Shown here in pieces: positions 1-10,401 of a stretch of 64,000 nt of DNA; position 1 is the first letter of the stretch, and each line of letters starts with the position of its first letter. The translations under genes and the position numbers were made by a program. The notes under the pieces were generated by a model. That model made no database searches, was not told where the DNA came from, and saw only the letters and a program-made list of their open reading frames with translations. The stretch is from an uncultured Hyphomicrobiales bacterium (GTDB lineage Bacteria > Bacteroidota > Ignavibacteria > Kapaibacteriales > UBA2268): positions 97,482 through 161,481 of the forward strand of contig CAZGCT010000001.1 in assembly GCA_964524325.1 (NCBI GenBank), read 5' to 3'.

Positions 1-1253
1 TTTGCCAAATGCACTCTTGCTCCGGATTCATCTAGTACATCGATAGCTTTATCTGGGAAATATCTATCTGTAATATACCTATCGGATAAACGAACGCAGG
101 CTTCTATTGCATCGGGCGTGTACTTCACATTGTGGTGCTCTTCGTAACGATCTTTGATTTTTTCAAGAATTTCCTTGGTTTCTTCGAAGGTTGGTGGATC
201 TATCAATACTTTTTGGAATCTTCTTTCAAGTGCACCGTCCTTTTCAATAAATTGGCGATACTCGTCCAAAGTTGTAGCTCCGATGCATTGAATATCACCT
301 CGAGAAAGTGCAGGCTTGAAAATATTAGAAGCATCGAGCGATCCAGATGCACCCCCAGCTCCTACAATTGTATGCAATTCATCAATAAACAATATTACAT
401 CTTTTGCTCTTTCGAGCTCATTTAGAACTGCTTTCATTCTTTCTTCGAATTGTCCACGGTACTTTGTGCCAGCAACAAGCGAAGCTAAATCTAAACTAAC
501 GATACGTTTGTCCAGAAGGGTTCGAGGTACTTTTCTTTGGACAATTCGAAGGGCAAGTCCTTCGACAATTGCAGTTTTGCCAACTCCGGGCTCACCAATT
601 AAAACTGGATTATTTTTTTTGCGACGAGCAAGTATTTGCGAAACTCGCTGAATTTCCTTTTCTCGTCCTATGACTGGGTCTAATTTATCTTCAAAGGCGA
701 GTTTGGTTAAATCTCGCCCGAAGTTGTCTAAAACTGGTGTTTTAACTTTTTCTTTCATAGTGGACCTCGATTGTGATGAACTATAAGATGAACGGCGGGT
801 TGGTTGTTCCCAAGTGCGTCCGCTTAGAATATTATCGAGTTCGTTTTTGACATTGTCGTAGGTTACTCCAAAATTATTTAAAACTTCTTTTGCCAAATTT
901 TTTTGGTCGCGTAGAATTGCAAGAAGTACATGTTCGGTGCCAACGATATCGGTTTTATATATTTTAGCTTCGGTGAAACTCAAATACAAAATTTTTTCTA
1001 ATTGTTTGCTGAAAGGCAATGAGGCACTTGATGTTCCAGATACGGTTCCTTCTAATTTACTGACTATACTTTCGCGGAGTTTTTCAAGGTCTACACCAAG
1101 ATTTCGCAATATTTTGATTGCTATTCCTTCGCCTTCGCGTATCATTCCAAGAATTATGTGTTCTGAACCTATAAAGTCGTTTCCATATTTTAATGCTTCT
1201 TCTTGGCTATACCGAAGTACATCCTTTACTCTATTTGAATATTGTTCTGCCAT
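1..1253 (-). CDS. clpC: ATP-dependent Clp protease ATP-binding subunit ClpC/ClpA-like, N-terminal part (runs off window at position 1). Minus-strand ORF starting ATG at 1253..1251.
   Basis: Manual reverse translation gives [37 protein letters not shown]... with two Clp_N repeats, then Walker [16 protein letters not shown] and [10 protein letters not shown] (AAA+ D1). Absent from the ORF track because it is open at the window edge. Confidence 0.85.
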   Translation of the reverse strand, partial: MAEQYSNRVKDVLRYSQEEALKYGNDFIGSEHIILGMIREGEGIAIKILRNLGVDLEKLRESIVSKLEGTVSGTSSASLPFSKQLEKILYLSFTEAKIYKTDIVGTEHVLLAILRDQKNLAKEVLNNFGVTYDNVKNELDNILSGRTWEQPTRRSSYSSSQSRSTMKEKVKTPVLDNFGRDLTKLAFEDKLDPVIGREKEIQRVSQILARRKKNNPVLIGEPGVGKTAIVEGLALRIVQRKVPRTLLDKRIVSLDLASLVAGTKYRGQFEERMKAVLNELERAKDVILFIDELHTIVGAGGASGSLDASNIFKPALSRGDIQCIGATTLDEYRQFIEKDGALERRFQKVLIDPPTFEETKEILEKIKDRYEEHHNVKYTPDAIEACVRLSDRYITDRYFPDKAIDVLDESGARVHLA

Positions 1254-1314
1254 TAATTCCTTAATTTGTACTGCCAAATAGCAAGACGAAACTTAGCTAC
1301 TTTTATTTATTTTG

Positions 1315-2109
1315 CTAAAATTCCATTAGGTATTGCTTTTCTGAATTTGCTAGAGAGATGATGCCAGAAAGCACTAAGTTTTTCCTATAGTATTTTTTTT
1401 CATAATCCCAATTTTGGAATATAATTTTCAGATAACTGAAACCACCTCCAGTAAATATAACTGGTAGCTCTTTTCCCTCAAAATACACTTTCTCGATCTC
1501 ATTAATGATGTAAATGAGCCCTCCCCAAATAGAATTGACGATTCCACTTGTTATGGCTTTTTCGGTCGAAATTTCAAGCGCTTTAAGTGTTTCTTCTTTC
1601 GATAAATTTATTTTTTTTAATAAGGAAGTGTTATTTTGCAAGGCTTTTGCTTGGGTTTCGGGCCCAGGGATTATCACCCCGCCAAGAAAATTTCTGTTAT
1701 CGTCGAGACAATTAACAGTAATTGCTGTACCGATGTCAATTGTTATCAAAGGTGGGCTAAATTCATCTAAAGCACCAATTAGTCCTAGTATCCTATCTGT
1801 TCCTATCCAATAATAATTATATATATTTACCTTTTTCTGTCTTTGAATTATTTCCCTTGTGTTGTAAATATATACGTTAGGTTGGGTAGCGAGGAAATTT
1901 ATTATGCAATTTGATTGTTCGATATTCACACTTGAAAATAAAACTCGCAAAGGAGTATTTATTCTGGTAAAAAAAAAGTTTCGAAACTCGGCTTCGAAAT
2001 TTTCGGTGTATTTAAATGTTTTGTAAATGTTTTGGTAAAGAATTTTTGCACAACTGTTTCCAAAGTCGATAGCAAGGGTCTGCTCGATGAATTTGTTACG
2101 AGAGGTCAT
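1315..2109 (-). CDS. coaX: Type III pantothenate kinase
   Basis: 264 aa. LAIDFGNSCAKI N-terminal motif and IDIGTAITVN core are typical of CoaX/Bvg accessory factor family. Confidence 0.75.
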   Translation of the reverse strand: MTSRNKFIEQTLAIDFGNSCAKILYQNIYKTFKYTENFEAEFRNFFFTRINTPLRVLFSSVNIEQSNCIINFLATQPNVYIYNTREIIQRQKKVNIYNYYWIGTDRILGLIGALDEFSPPLITIDIGTAITVNCLDDNRNFLGGVIIPGPETQAKALQNNTSLLKKINLSKEETLKALEISTEKAITSGIVNSIWGGLIYIINEIEKVYFEGKELPVIFTGGGFSYLKIIFQNWDYEKKYYRKNLVLSGIISLANSEKQYLMEF

Positions 2110-2836
2110 ACCTTATTGTGTCCCCATTACCAATAATAATTATTTGGTTACTTTTTATATCTTTTGCAATAATTTGACCAATTTCATCGAAGTTTTTAAC
2201 TATGCAACGTTGACCAGTATTTATTAATGTGATTTCTTTTTCCAAGATATTGAGCTCTTTGATCCATTGTTCATATATCTCAAATGGAAGCAAGCTTAGT
2301 TTTGCTTCAACACTTTCGATTAATTCATCGATGACTTGTTCAACTTCAAGTTCGCAACCTAAAAGTTTTAGAGAAGTAGCATTATTTTTAATCTCTGAAG
2401 GGAACAATGTTTGTTTGACATTGATACCTATACCTAAAACTGTCGAAATGCAATATTCACCTAAAAATTGGTGTTCTACAAGTATCCCCGAAATTTTTTT
2501 ATATTTGCCATTTCCCAATTTTGCATAGACATCATTTGGGTACTTTAAACGAAACTTCACAGAACAACACAAATTTTGCAAGGCATGTAAAACAGATAGA
2601 GCACCAAGCCATTGAAAATAAGCAACTTCCTCGACCTTTTTGATTTGGTTATGTTTAATTCCAATCGAAATGTAGACATTTTGACCAAATTCACCTAACC
2701 AAGTGTTTTGGTTTCTTCCCCTTCCCTTGGTCTGGAAATCAGCTGTAACTACTACACAATCAGTGCTTTGTACAAGTTCCTTTGCAAAATCATTTGTGGA
2801 TGTAACAGTGTCGAAGTGATATCTTTGGTATTTCAT
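2096..2836 (-). CDS. birA: Biotin--[acetyl-CoA-carboxylase] ligase
   Basis: 246 aa. QTKGRGRNQNTW matches the BirA GRGRxGR(x)W biotin-binding loop. 14-nt overlap with coaX (operon). Confidence 0.75.
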   Translation of the reverse strand: MKYQRYHFDTVTSTNDFAKELVQSTDCVVVTADFQTKGRGRNQNTWLGEFGQNVYISIGIKHNQIKKVEEVAYFQWLGALSVLHALQNLCCSVKFRLKYPNDVYAKLGNGKYKKISGILVEHQFLGEYCISTVLGIGINVKQTLFPSEIKNNATSLKLLGCELEVEQVIDELIESVEAKLSLLPFEIYEQWIKELNILEKEITLINTGQRCIVKNFDEIGQIIAKDIKSNQIIIIGNGDTIRYDLS

Positions 2837-3462
2837 TGTTCAACATTATGTACTATTGCTGACTGTATATCGAAGATAACTTTGTCAATTAAAAGAGATA
2901 AAAGCTTTGAATATCCTTCTACGAATTTAGAATTCTCTCTTTCCGAGATGTCAAATTTTTGAGCATAGGTTTTAGAAAAAACAATTTCTTTTTTCGTTGT
3001 AAGTGGTTTATACTTAACTAAATTAACTAAAATTGACACTTGCACCCAATTCTTCTTTTTGTCCTCTTTCTCGGCATATGATTTAAATTCTAAAATACTT
3101 CCTTCGATAATGTAGTTAGGAACTATTGATGAATTCAATTGATTAACTCCGAACTTAAATGCTTTGGATTGGTTTAGCCGGATAAAAATGAAGCTGTTTA
3201 TTATTTCTGAGTAATCTGCATTAAATCTATGGTAACTGAACTTTTGTACAGTTCCGTCGTCGAACCAAATCATAAAACGATTGTCAAACAACTCTTCAGG
3301 GACGGTAAACTCTTTATAGGCAATATAAGTTTCGAGCTCGGCAATATTTCGAAAGGAGAAAGGTTCTTGATTTAGATAATAATAGTTTACCGGTACGTAG
3401 GGTGTTCGGATTGACAAACAACCCATAAGTAAAATTAAAGAATACAACCAATATTTTTTCAT
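2833..3462 (-). CDS. Hypothetical lipoprotein
   Basis: 209 aa. N-terminal signal with lipobox LLMGC. No recognisable catalytic motif. Confidence 0.45.
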   Translation of the reverse strand: MKKYWLYSLILLMGCLSIRTPYVPVNYYYLNQEPFSFRNIAELETYIAYKEFTVPEELFDNRFMIWFDDGTVQKFSYHRFNADYSEIINSFIFIRLNQSKAFKFGVNQLNSSIVPNYIIEGSILEFKSYAEKEDKKKNWVQVSILVNLVKYKPLTTKKEIVFSKTYAQKFDISERENSKFVEGYSKLLSLLIDKVIFDIQSAIVHNVEQ

Positions 3463-3548
3463 TTTTTTAATAAACTATCTTTGCAAATTTAACCAAATGT
3501 TGATAAAAACACTTAATTTAGTTTTTTGTAAAAAATTTACATTAAACA

Positions 3549-4292
3549 TTGATTTACTTTATTTCGGATGTTCATCTTGGTTATTTTAATCACGAGCGAG
3601 GTAAGCAAGTAGAAAAATTGCTGATTGACCTCTTTGATGCAATTTCAAAAGACTGCAAGGTTCTTGTTATCGTCGGTGATTTATTTGATTTTTGGTTCGA
3701 TTACAAAACTGTCATTCCTAAACATTTCTTCCGTGTTGTTTCCAAACTTGATGAACTCCGAACTCTTGGTATAGAAATAATATATATTATGGGTAATCAC
3801 GACTTTGGGCATTATAAATTCTTCCAGCAAGAGCTTGGTATTGAGGTTTTCGAGTCTGATATAGAAAGGGAATTTTTTGGAAAAAAATTTTACATATCAC
3901 ATGGCGATGGAAAAATTCAAAATGACTTTGGTTACTTGGTTTTAAAGTCAATTCTTCGCAACAAGTTTGCTCGCTTTTTGTTTCGTTTTATTCATCCAGA
4001 TTTGGGAATTTGTGTAGCCAAAAGTTCCTCTAAAAAAAGTAGAAAATATTCTAGTATGCAAAGAAATAATAATTTCGATTCTCTTTTCGAATTCTCTAAG
4101 AAAAAAATAGAACAAGGTTTCGATTTTGTCATTATGGGACATTCCCATAAGTTTGAATTTAAAAAGTATAAAAACGGTTATTACCTAAATCTTGGTGATT
4201 GGTTCAATTCTCCATATGTTGGTATTTTTGATGGTAATGAGCTAACGTTTCAACAAGTTGCAGAATTTATAGAAAATAAAATTAAGGTATAA
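3549..4292 (+). CDS. Calcineurin-like metallophosphoesterase (LpxH-like UDP-2,3-diacylglucosamine hydrolase family)
   Basis: 247 aa. SDVHLG, GDLFD, GNHD, GHSH metallophosphoesterase motifs. Assignment to LpxH is tentative. Confidence 0.5.
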   Translation: MIYFISDVHLGYFNHERGKQVEKLLIDLFDAISKDCKVLVIVGDLFDFWFDYKTVIPKHFFRVVSKLDELRTLGIEIIYIMGNHDFGHYKFFQQELGIEVFESDIEREFFGKKFYISHGDGKIQNDFGYLVLKSILRNKFARFLFRFIHPDLGICVAKSSSKKSRKYSSMQRNNNFDSLFEFSKKKIEQGFDFVIMGHSHKFEFKKYKNGYYLNLGDWFNSPYVGIFDGNELTFQQVAEFIENKIKV

Positions 4293-4294
4293 AG

Positions 4295-4810
4295 ATGGAT
4301 GCTTTGGATGCAATTTTTTCGCGGAAAAGTGTTAGAAATTTCACTGGCGAAAGTGTATCACAAGAAATGTTAGAGACCTTACTTCGTGCTGCTATGGCTG
4401 CACCCTCGGCGGTTAATATGCAACCTTGGGAATTTGTCCTTGTCAAAAATCGCGATAAGTTGCAAGCATTGGCAGACAATCTTCCTTACGCTAAAATGCT
4501 GGATAAAGCTAGTGCTTGCATTATCGTTTGTGCTGTTCCCGAACTTGCCCACAGAAAACTGAAGGACTATGCAGTTATTGATTGCTCTTGTGCAAGCCAA
4601 AATATCTTGATTGCTGCCGAGGCTTTGGGACTGGGTGCTGTTTGGACTGCTGTGTTTCCAAACATTGATAGAATTGAGTTCGTTCGCAGGCTCTTAAATA
4701 TTCCAAAAGATGTAATACCATTAAATGCTATAGCTATTGGAGTGCCTACTGGTGAGGATCAACCAAAGGATAAGTACAAACCCCAAAAAATCCACTTCGA
4801 AAAATGGTGA
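4295..4810 (+). CDS. Nitroreductase family protein
   Basis: 171 aa. RKSVRNF...NMQPWEFVLV nitroreductase signature. Confidence 0.7.
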   Translation: MDALDAIFSRKSVRNFTGESVSQEMLETLLRAAMAAPSAVNMQPWEFVLVKNRDKLQALADNLPYAKMLDKASACIIVCAVPELAHRKLKDYAVIDCSCASQNILIAAEALGLGAVWTAVFPNIDRIEFVRRLLNIPKDVIPLNAIAIGVPTGEDQPKDKYKPQKIHFEKW

Positions 4811-4826
4811 AAGAATAGGAGTTGTC

Positions 4827-6236
4827 ATGAAAAGGTTCGCCCTTATTTTGGTAATCTTTCCATTTCAGATTTTTGCAAACAGCAATTTTATTGTTGGTTG
4901 CTGGATTGGGAAAATTGATGTTGTCCAGCAAATTTTGGCAATTAAGATTTGCTTTAATCTTGATTCAAATCAAAATCTTATAGGGAAGATTGATATTCCC
5001 CAGCAAAATGCCTACCAATTGGGGCTTTCAAATATTCAATCATATAAAGATTCAATTTACTTCGATTTGATTATAAATGTTGTTAATGTTGCGAAATTTG
5101 CTGGAAAAATATTCTATCCTTTTACAGATACCTCGAAAATAATTGGAACATTTCGCCAAATGAGCTTTGTGGGTAATTTTGATCTTGAAAAATATTTTTA
5201 TGAAGACAGCGAAAATGAAGAGGAGTTTAAAGGCTTCCAAGAAGATGTTGAAGTATTCAATCAAGATATTAAACTTTCGGGAACATTCGAAAGACCGCAA
5301 GAAGCAAAAAAATGCCCAGTTGTTATTTTAATCACAGGTAGTGGTCCACAGAATCGTGACGAAGAAATCTTTGGATTCAAAGTTTTTAAAGATTTATCTC
5401 AGCAATTATTGAAACTTGGCTTTGCAACATTACGGATGGACGACCGTGGAGTTGGTGGTTCAACCACTTCAGTTGGTAAATCTTCTACTACTTTCGACTT
5501 TGCTTCAGATGTGGAACAGATGATTAATTATTTAAAAACCCGAGCTGATGTTGACACAAATAAGATTGGACTTCTTGGCCATAGCGAAGGGGCGATTGTT
5601 AGTTTTATTGTGGCGTCCAAAAGAAAAGACGTCAAATTCATTATTAGTGTTGCTGGGCCAATGATTCGAGGTGACAGCATAATTTTAGAACAAATTCGCT
5701 TGCAAATGCAGCAGCAAAATGCTCCTGATTCGTTGATTATAGAAACACTTAGCGACCAAATGGAAATTTACCATATCATCAGAAAATCTAAAGACTACGA
5801 GAGGGCAAAGGAAATTCTACTCAAGCAGGCAAAGAAACAAATGGAATTTTACCCTGAAGAAATGACAACTCAAATTACCACTAGATTTATCGAGAGAAAT
5901 ATTCAAAATCAACTTGAAAAGATGCGTTCCGATTGGTTTACTACTTTTATTGATATAGACCCTTTAGAGTTTTTGAGGGAAATTGATTGTCCAGTCTTAC
6001 TGATTTTTGGTGAGAAAGACCAACAAGTTCCCCCAAAAATAAATATCTCGCGCCTAAGTAGGAATATTAAGAAGAAAAATATTACTATTAAAACTATACC
6101 TTCAGCTAATCATCTATTCCAAAAATGCAAAACTGGACAAATTTTTGAATATGCAATTCTGCCCAAGAAATTCGCTCCTGGATTTATCGAAACGATATCC
6201 GATTGGCTAAAAACAGTTGCCTGGAAGCAAAAATGA
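4827..6236 (+). CDS. Secreted alpha/beta-fold hydrolase
   Basis: ORF track starts at 4737, but the in-frame ATG at 4827 gives MKRFALILVIFPFQIFA signal peptide. GHSEGA nucleophile elbow (GxSxG). Confidence 0.6.
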   Translation: MKRFALILVIFPFQIFANSNFIVGCWIGKIDVVQQILAIKICFNLDSNQNLIGKIDIPQQNAYQLGLSNIQSYKDSIYFDLIINVVNVAKFAGKIFYPFTDTSKIIGTFRQMSFVGNFDLEKYFYEDSENEEEFKGFQEDVEVFNQDIKLSGTFERPQEAKKCPVVILITGSGPQNRDEEIFGFKVFKDLSQQLLKLGFATLRMDDRGVGGSTTSVGKSSTTFDFASDVEQMINYLKTRADVDTNKIGLLGHSEGAIVSFIVASKRKDVKFIISVAGPMIRGDSIILEQIRLQMQQQNAPDSLIIETLSDQMEIYHIIRKSKDYERAKEILLKQAKKQMEFYPEEMTTQITTRFIERNIQNQLEKMRSDWFTTFIDIDPLEFLREIDCPVLLIFGEKDQQVPPKINISRLSRNIKKKNITIKTIPSANHLFQKCKTGQIFEYAILPKKFAPGFIETISDWLKTVAWKQK

Positions 6237-6245
6237 TGTGAGTTT

Positions 6246-7310
6246 ATGAAGCAAATCGCACTGGAAAATATAGTTAAAGTGTTTGGGAATCACAAAGTTT
6301 TGACAAATATTTCATTCGATGTAAATGAAGATGATTTTTGTGTTCTTGTTGGACCATCCGGCTGTGGTAAAACAACAATTCTAAGGATAATTGCAGGTTT
6401 GGAGCAGCCAACTTCTGGAAAAATTTTTTTCGATGGTACAATTTGGAACGATTTTCCCCCTGGGGAAAGAAATGTAGGAATGGTGTTCCAAAATTATGCC
6501 TTGTATCCCCACATGTCTGTTTATGAAAATCTTGCTTTTCCTCTTCTTATAAAAAAAGAAAACAAAAAGAAAATTGAGCAAAGAGTTCTCGAAATTGCTC
6601 AATTATTGAATTTAATAGATAAATTGAACAAAAAACCCAAAGAGCTTTCTGGTGGCGAAAGGCAAAGAGTTGCCTTAGGGCGTGCTATTGTACGACAACC
6701 TAATGTTTTTTTGTTCGATGAACCTTTATCTAATCTTGATGCAAAGCTTCGCGTTGTTATGCGGACTGAAATCGTCCACATCTGCAGGTATCTTCGAGTT
6801 CCTTCCATTTATGTTACCCACGACCAAACTGAAGCTCTAACAATGGGAACTAAAATTGTCATCTTAAAAGATGGGGAAATACAGCAAATTGGTTCTCCCT
6901 TTGATGTGTATCACAAGCCTTCCAATACTTTTGTTGCAACATTTATTGGAGCTCCCCAGATGAACTTGTTCGAGGGTTATGTTGAAAATAAAACATTCTT
7001 TGAAACAAACTCTTTATTTAACATTTACTTACCAAGATTAGATAACTTTTCTGGAAAATTGATTTTGGGAATCAGACCCGAAGATATTTTCTTAACATCA
7101 GGAGAAAATGCTGTTTTTAAAACTATGGTCAAAGCTTGCGAATACATCGGATACGAAACAATAGTGTATTTCGAATATCAGAATAAATTCTGTTCAATTA
7201 TCCTAAAAAAAGGAAGTCCTATTCCTAATACAAATGATAACATAAGCATTTTTTTCAACCCCGATGCTTGTCACTTTTTTGACAAGCATGGAAATCGATT
7301 AGAAACTTAG
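6246..7310 (+). CDS. ABC transporter ATP-binding protein, MalK/UgpC-like with C-terminal TOBE-like domain
   Basis: 354 aa. Walker A GPSGCGKTT, signature LSGGERQRVALGRA, Walker B FLFDEPLSNLD. No cognate permease adjacent. Confidence 0.75.
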   Translation: MKQIALENIVKVFGNHKVLTNISFDVNEDDFCVLVGPSGCGKTTILRIIAGLEQPTSGKIFFDGTIWNDFPPGERNVGMVFQNYALYPHMSVYENLAFPLLIKKENKKKIEQRVLEIAQLLNLIDKLNKKPKELSGGERQRVALGRAIVRQPNVFLFDEPLSNLDAKLRVVMRTEIVHICRYLRVPSIYVTHDQTEALTMGTKIVILKDGEIQQIGSPFDVYHKPSNTFVATFIGAPQMNLFEGYVENKTFFETNSLFNIYLPRLDNFSGKLILGIRPEDIFLTSGENAVFKTMVKACEYIGYETIVYFEYQNKFCSIILKKGSPIPNTNDNISIFFNPDACHFFDKHGNRLET

Positions 7311-7344
7311 CTAGCTTTAGTTTTTTCAAATATTAATTAGGAGT

Positions 7345-7803
7345 TTGAAAATGGAAATCAAAAACATTTTTATTTTGTTTTGTTTTCTGCTGGTTTCTTG
7401 CGGAAGTTATCGGGCAAAACAAGAAATTATCTTTACGGATAATGCTCCAAAACCTATTGGACCTTACAGTCAAGCAGTAAAAGTTGGAAAGTTTATTTTC
7501 ATTTCTGGGCAAATTGGACTTAGTCCCCTCGATAGTAAAATTGAAGATAATTTAGAAACCCAGTTTATTCAAACAATGGAGAATATTAAAAATATTTTGA
7601 AATCTGCAAACTCAGACTTTTCCAAAGTAGTGAAAGTTACAATTTATCTCAAAGACCTCAAGGATTTTGATACTATTAACAAGTTATACGAAAATTATTT
7701 TTCAGCAAATTACCCAGCACGCGAAACCATTGAAGTTTCACGCCTGCCCAAAGACGCGAAAGTCGAAATTTCTGTAATTGCAATTTCCCGGAAAAGAAGA
7801 TAA
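7345..7803 (+). CDS. ridA: RidA/YjgF/TdcF family enamine/imine deaminase with predicted lipoprotein signal
   Basis: 152 aa. NAPKPIGPYSQAVKVGKFIFISGQIGL core of the RidA family. N-terminal MKMEIKNIFILFCFLLVSCGS has lipobox L-V-S-C. Confidence 0.7.
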   Translation: MKMEIKNIFILFCFLLVSCGSYRAKQEIIFTDNAPKPIGPYSQAVKVGKFIFISGQIGLSPLDSKIEDNLETQFIQTMENIKNILKSANSDFSKVVKVTIYLKDLKDFDTINKLYENYFSANYPARETIEVSRLPKDAKVEISVIAISRKRR

Positions 7804-7806
7804 TTA

Positions 7807-9459
7807 TTACATTCTATTTGGAGCGGAAACACCTAAAATCGATAATCCATTTTTCAATACTCTTTGGGTAACTAAAGCAAGTTTGAAACGAGTCGAAAGC
7901 ATAGGTTCATCGCTTCCAATTATTCTGCATTCATGATAAAACGAATGAAAGGAAGTAGCTACATCATAAAGGTAGTCGGCAAGAATCTGTGGTTCGAACT
8001 TATCTGCAGAAACTTCAATTACTTCTGGAAACCGCCTAAGTTGTTTAACCAAGTTTATTTCTTGTGGTTGGTAGAAGCAATCAGCCTTGTGTTTTAGATT
8101 GAAGTCAATTCCACGCTCTTTTGCAGTATCGAAAATTGAGCATATCCTTGCGTGCGCATATTGAAGGTAGAAAACTGGGTTTTTTTCGCTTTGTTCACGA
8201 GCAAGGTTCAAGTCGAACTCGAGATGTGTGGATACGCTTCGCATTAAGAAAAAGAAGCGTACCACATCTGGACCTACCTCGGAAATCAGTTCGTCGAGTG
8301 TGTAACTTCTTCCACTTCGCTTCGACATTTTCACTTGAACACCATTTTCTACTAAAGTCACAAATTGGTGAAATACAACTTTCACTTTATTCCTGTCGAA
8401 CCCAAGGGCTTCTATTCCTGCTAGGACATCTGGTACGGTTGCAATGTGATCCGACCCCAAAATGTCAATAATTAAATCGAATCCTCGAAGAAACTTTTCT
8501 CTATGATATGCAATATCAGGTAATCGATAAGTGGGTTCGTTGGTGGATTTTATGATTACCCTATCCTCTGGCAGACCAAGTTTTGATAATGCAAACCAAA
8601 TAGCTCCATCCTTATTGTAAATTAGGCCTTTTTCTGTTAATATTTCAATGACCTCTTGGATTTTACCTTCTTTGTATAAGGAATCTTCGTTGAAAAAAAT
8701 ATCGTGGTGTATGTTCAATTTTTTCAGTGTCGAATGGATTTTTTCGAAACACCAATTTTCGCCATATTTTTTGCAGAATTCCAAATTGTCTTCTGTTTCC
8801 TCCACAAACCTTGCACCATACTTTTCAGCTATTTCACCTGCAATTTCCTTAATGTATTCTCCGAAATAACCATCTTCGGGGAAGGGATAATTTTCGTCTC
8901 CGTTCAGTTGACGATATCGAGCATAGATTGAACGAGCCAAGTTTTGCATTTGCCGTCCAGCATTGTTAAAGTAGTATTCTCTTGTAACATCGTAACCAAG
9001 CCAAAAAAATAAATTTGCTATGCTATCGCCAATAGACGCATTCCGTCCGTGTCCCAAATGAAGTAGCCCCGTTGGATTTGCACTTACATATTCAACATTT
9101 ACTCTTTTTCCTCTGCCTTTTGTCAACTTACCATAATCGTCCCCAAGCGAAAATATTCTTTCAAGTTCACTTGCAAAGAAGAAATTCGACAATTTTATGT
9201 TAATAAAACCAGGACCATCGATGGTAATTTTCTCAATCAAATTGGAGTCGAAATTTAATCTTTGAAGAATTTCTTCAGCAATTTGCTTGGGATTTTTTTT
9301 TAGTTCCTTTGCAAGCAAAAGTGATATGCTGGTTGCATAATCACCAAATTGCTCGTGTCTTGGCTCCTCGAAGCGAAGCCTTTCTTGTGGGTTTTCTATT
9401 CCTAAACCAACCAATGCTTCATTGAAAGCTTGTAATAAAAAATCGGGACACATTTTCAC
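7807..9459 (-). CDS. argS: Arginine--tRNA ligase
   Basis: 550 aa. ANPTGLLHLGHGRN (HIGH region), KMSKRSG (KMSKS) and a C-terminal DALR anticodon-binding region. Confidence 0.9.
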   Translation of the reverse strand: MKMCPDFLLQAFNEALVGLGIENPQERLRFEEPRHEQFGDYATSISLLLAKELKKNPKQIAEEILQRLNFDSNLIEKITIDGPGFINIKLSNFFFASELERIFSLGDDYGKLTKGRGKRVNVEYVSANPTGLLHLGHGRNASIGDSIANLFFWLGYDVTREYYFNNAGRQMQNLARSIYARYRQLNGDENYPFPEDGYFGEYIKEIAGEIAEKYGARFVEETEDNLEFCKKYGENWCFEKIHSTLKKLNIHHDIFFNEDSLYKEGKIQEVIEILTEKGLIYNKDGAIWFALSKLGLPEDRVIIKSTNEPTYRLPDIAYHREKFLRGFDLIIDILGSDHIATVPDVLAGIEALGFDRNKVKVVFHQFVTLVENGVQVKMSKRSGRSYTLDELISEVGPDVVRFFFLMRSVSTHLEFDLNLAREQSEKNPVFYLQYAHARICSIFDTAKERGIDFNLKHKADCFYQPQEINLVKQLRRFPEVIEVSADKFEPQILADYLYDVATSFHSFYHECRIIGSDEPMLSTRFKLALVTQRVLKNGLSILGVSAPNRM

Positions 9460-9887
9460 TAAACCTCTACTTTGTCCAATTCTAAAAGAAATTTTGCTTT
9501 GTCTCGAATAGGAACAAGTCTGTTTCTTTCGCTTAGTTTGTAGAATGAACCATCACTCCACAATCTTTCAATATTATAGAACTTTCGAGCTTGGTAATGA
9601 AAAATATGGAACACTATGTCGAAGAAATCCAGTAATATCCAATAAGTTGAATTAATTCCTTCTACCTTTGGTTTAGGTTTCCTTTCTTTTTTGCACCTCA
9701 ATTCTATTTCTTCGGCAATTGCCCGCATCTGCACATCAGAATCGCAAGAACAAATAACAAAAAAGTCTGTTGGTGCTGTTTCGATTTTGGTTAAGTCGAT
9801 TATTATGATATCTTTTCCAATTTTATCCAATGCAATTTGTGCTACCCACTTTGCCAGTGCCTTTGGGTTATTTTTCTTAATGCTCAA
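9459..9887 (-). CDS. rsfS: Ribosomal silencing factor RsfS (Iojap family)
   Basis: 142 aa. IIIDLTKIETAPTDFFVICSCDSDVQMRAIAEEI matches RsfS/DUF143. 1-nt stop/start overlap with argS. Confidence 0.65.
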   Translation of the reverse strand: MSIKKNNPKALAKWVAQIALDKIGKDIIIIDLTKIETAPTDFFVICSCDSDVQMRAIAEEIELRCKKERKPKPKVEGINSTYWILLDFFDIVFHIFHYQARKFYNIERLWSDGSFYKLSERNRLVPIRDKAKFLLELDKVEV

Positions 9888-9926
9888 TTCCTTTCCATTA
9901 TATGAAACAAACTAATAATTGACGAA

Positions 9927-10373
9927 CTAATTCTTAAATGGTTTTAATAATTTATAATCGGTACCAAGTATGATTACAATGTCGTTGTCGATTGTATCTG
10001 TTATTGTTATCATTTCAGGTTGGAACTCAATTAATTTTGCTATGTACTCAGCAGTAGAAAAATAATTTGGTTTTGTTAAAAACCTACATCTATCTAACAA
10101 CGTGTCGTAGTTTTCAGTTTGTACCTCCTTTACTTCAAAACTTCGAAGAAACAACTTCAAATCTTTTGCTAAACCACTTACATTTGTGGCATTGTAAATA
10201 ACAATTTTGTTTGTAATTGTTGCAATTTGTTGGCTGTTAGCTATTTTGGGCTCGCTTGAATTGTGAAAGTGTTTAAAATATATTGAAATAGCAAAAGCAA
10301 CAAGAATACTCAATCCTAAAAAAAATATTGAAAAAACAAAAATTTTTTTTATTTTGCAAAACATAAAACTCAA
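9927..10373 (-). CDS. LytR_C (LytR cell-envelope-related C-terminal) domain protein, membrane-anchored
   Basis: 148 aa. N-terminal TM helix, then VIYNATNVSGLAKDLKLFL...ITIILGTDY resembling the LytR_C fold. Confidence 0.4.
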   Translation of the reverse strand: MSFMFCKIKKIFVFSIFFLGLSILVAFAISIYFKHFHNSSEPKIANSQQIATITNKIVIYNATNVSGLAKDLKLFLRSFEVKEVQTENYDTLLDRCRFLTKPNYFSTAEYIAKLIEFQPEMITITDTIDNDIVIILGTDYKLLKPFKN

Positions 10374-10401
10374 ATTTAATCAAATATTTCAAAAGGAAAA
10401 T

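Noticed and set aside
132-651. ORF-track ORFs 132..425(+) and 316..651(+)
   Set aside because: They lie antisense within the clpC coding region, whose minus-strand translation gives clean Clp_N/AAA+ motifs. Their low-complexity sequences have no motifs and are frame-shadow ORFs.
4737-4826. Upstream extension of the alpha/beta hydrolase ORF (track start 4737)
   Set aside because: It overlaps the nitroreductase gene. The ATG at 4827 yields a proper signal peptide.
10354-10401. 5' extension of the amidohydrolase ORF
   Set aside because: It overlaps the upstream minus-strand gene by 20 nt. The ATG at 10402 is preferred, with low certainty.
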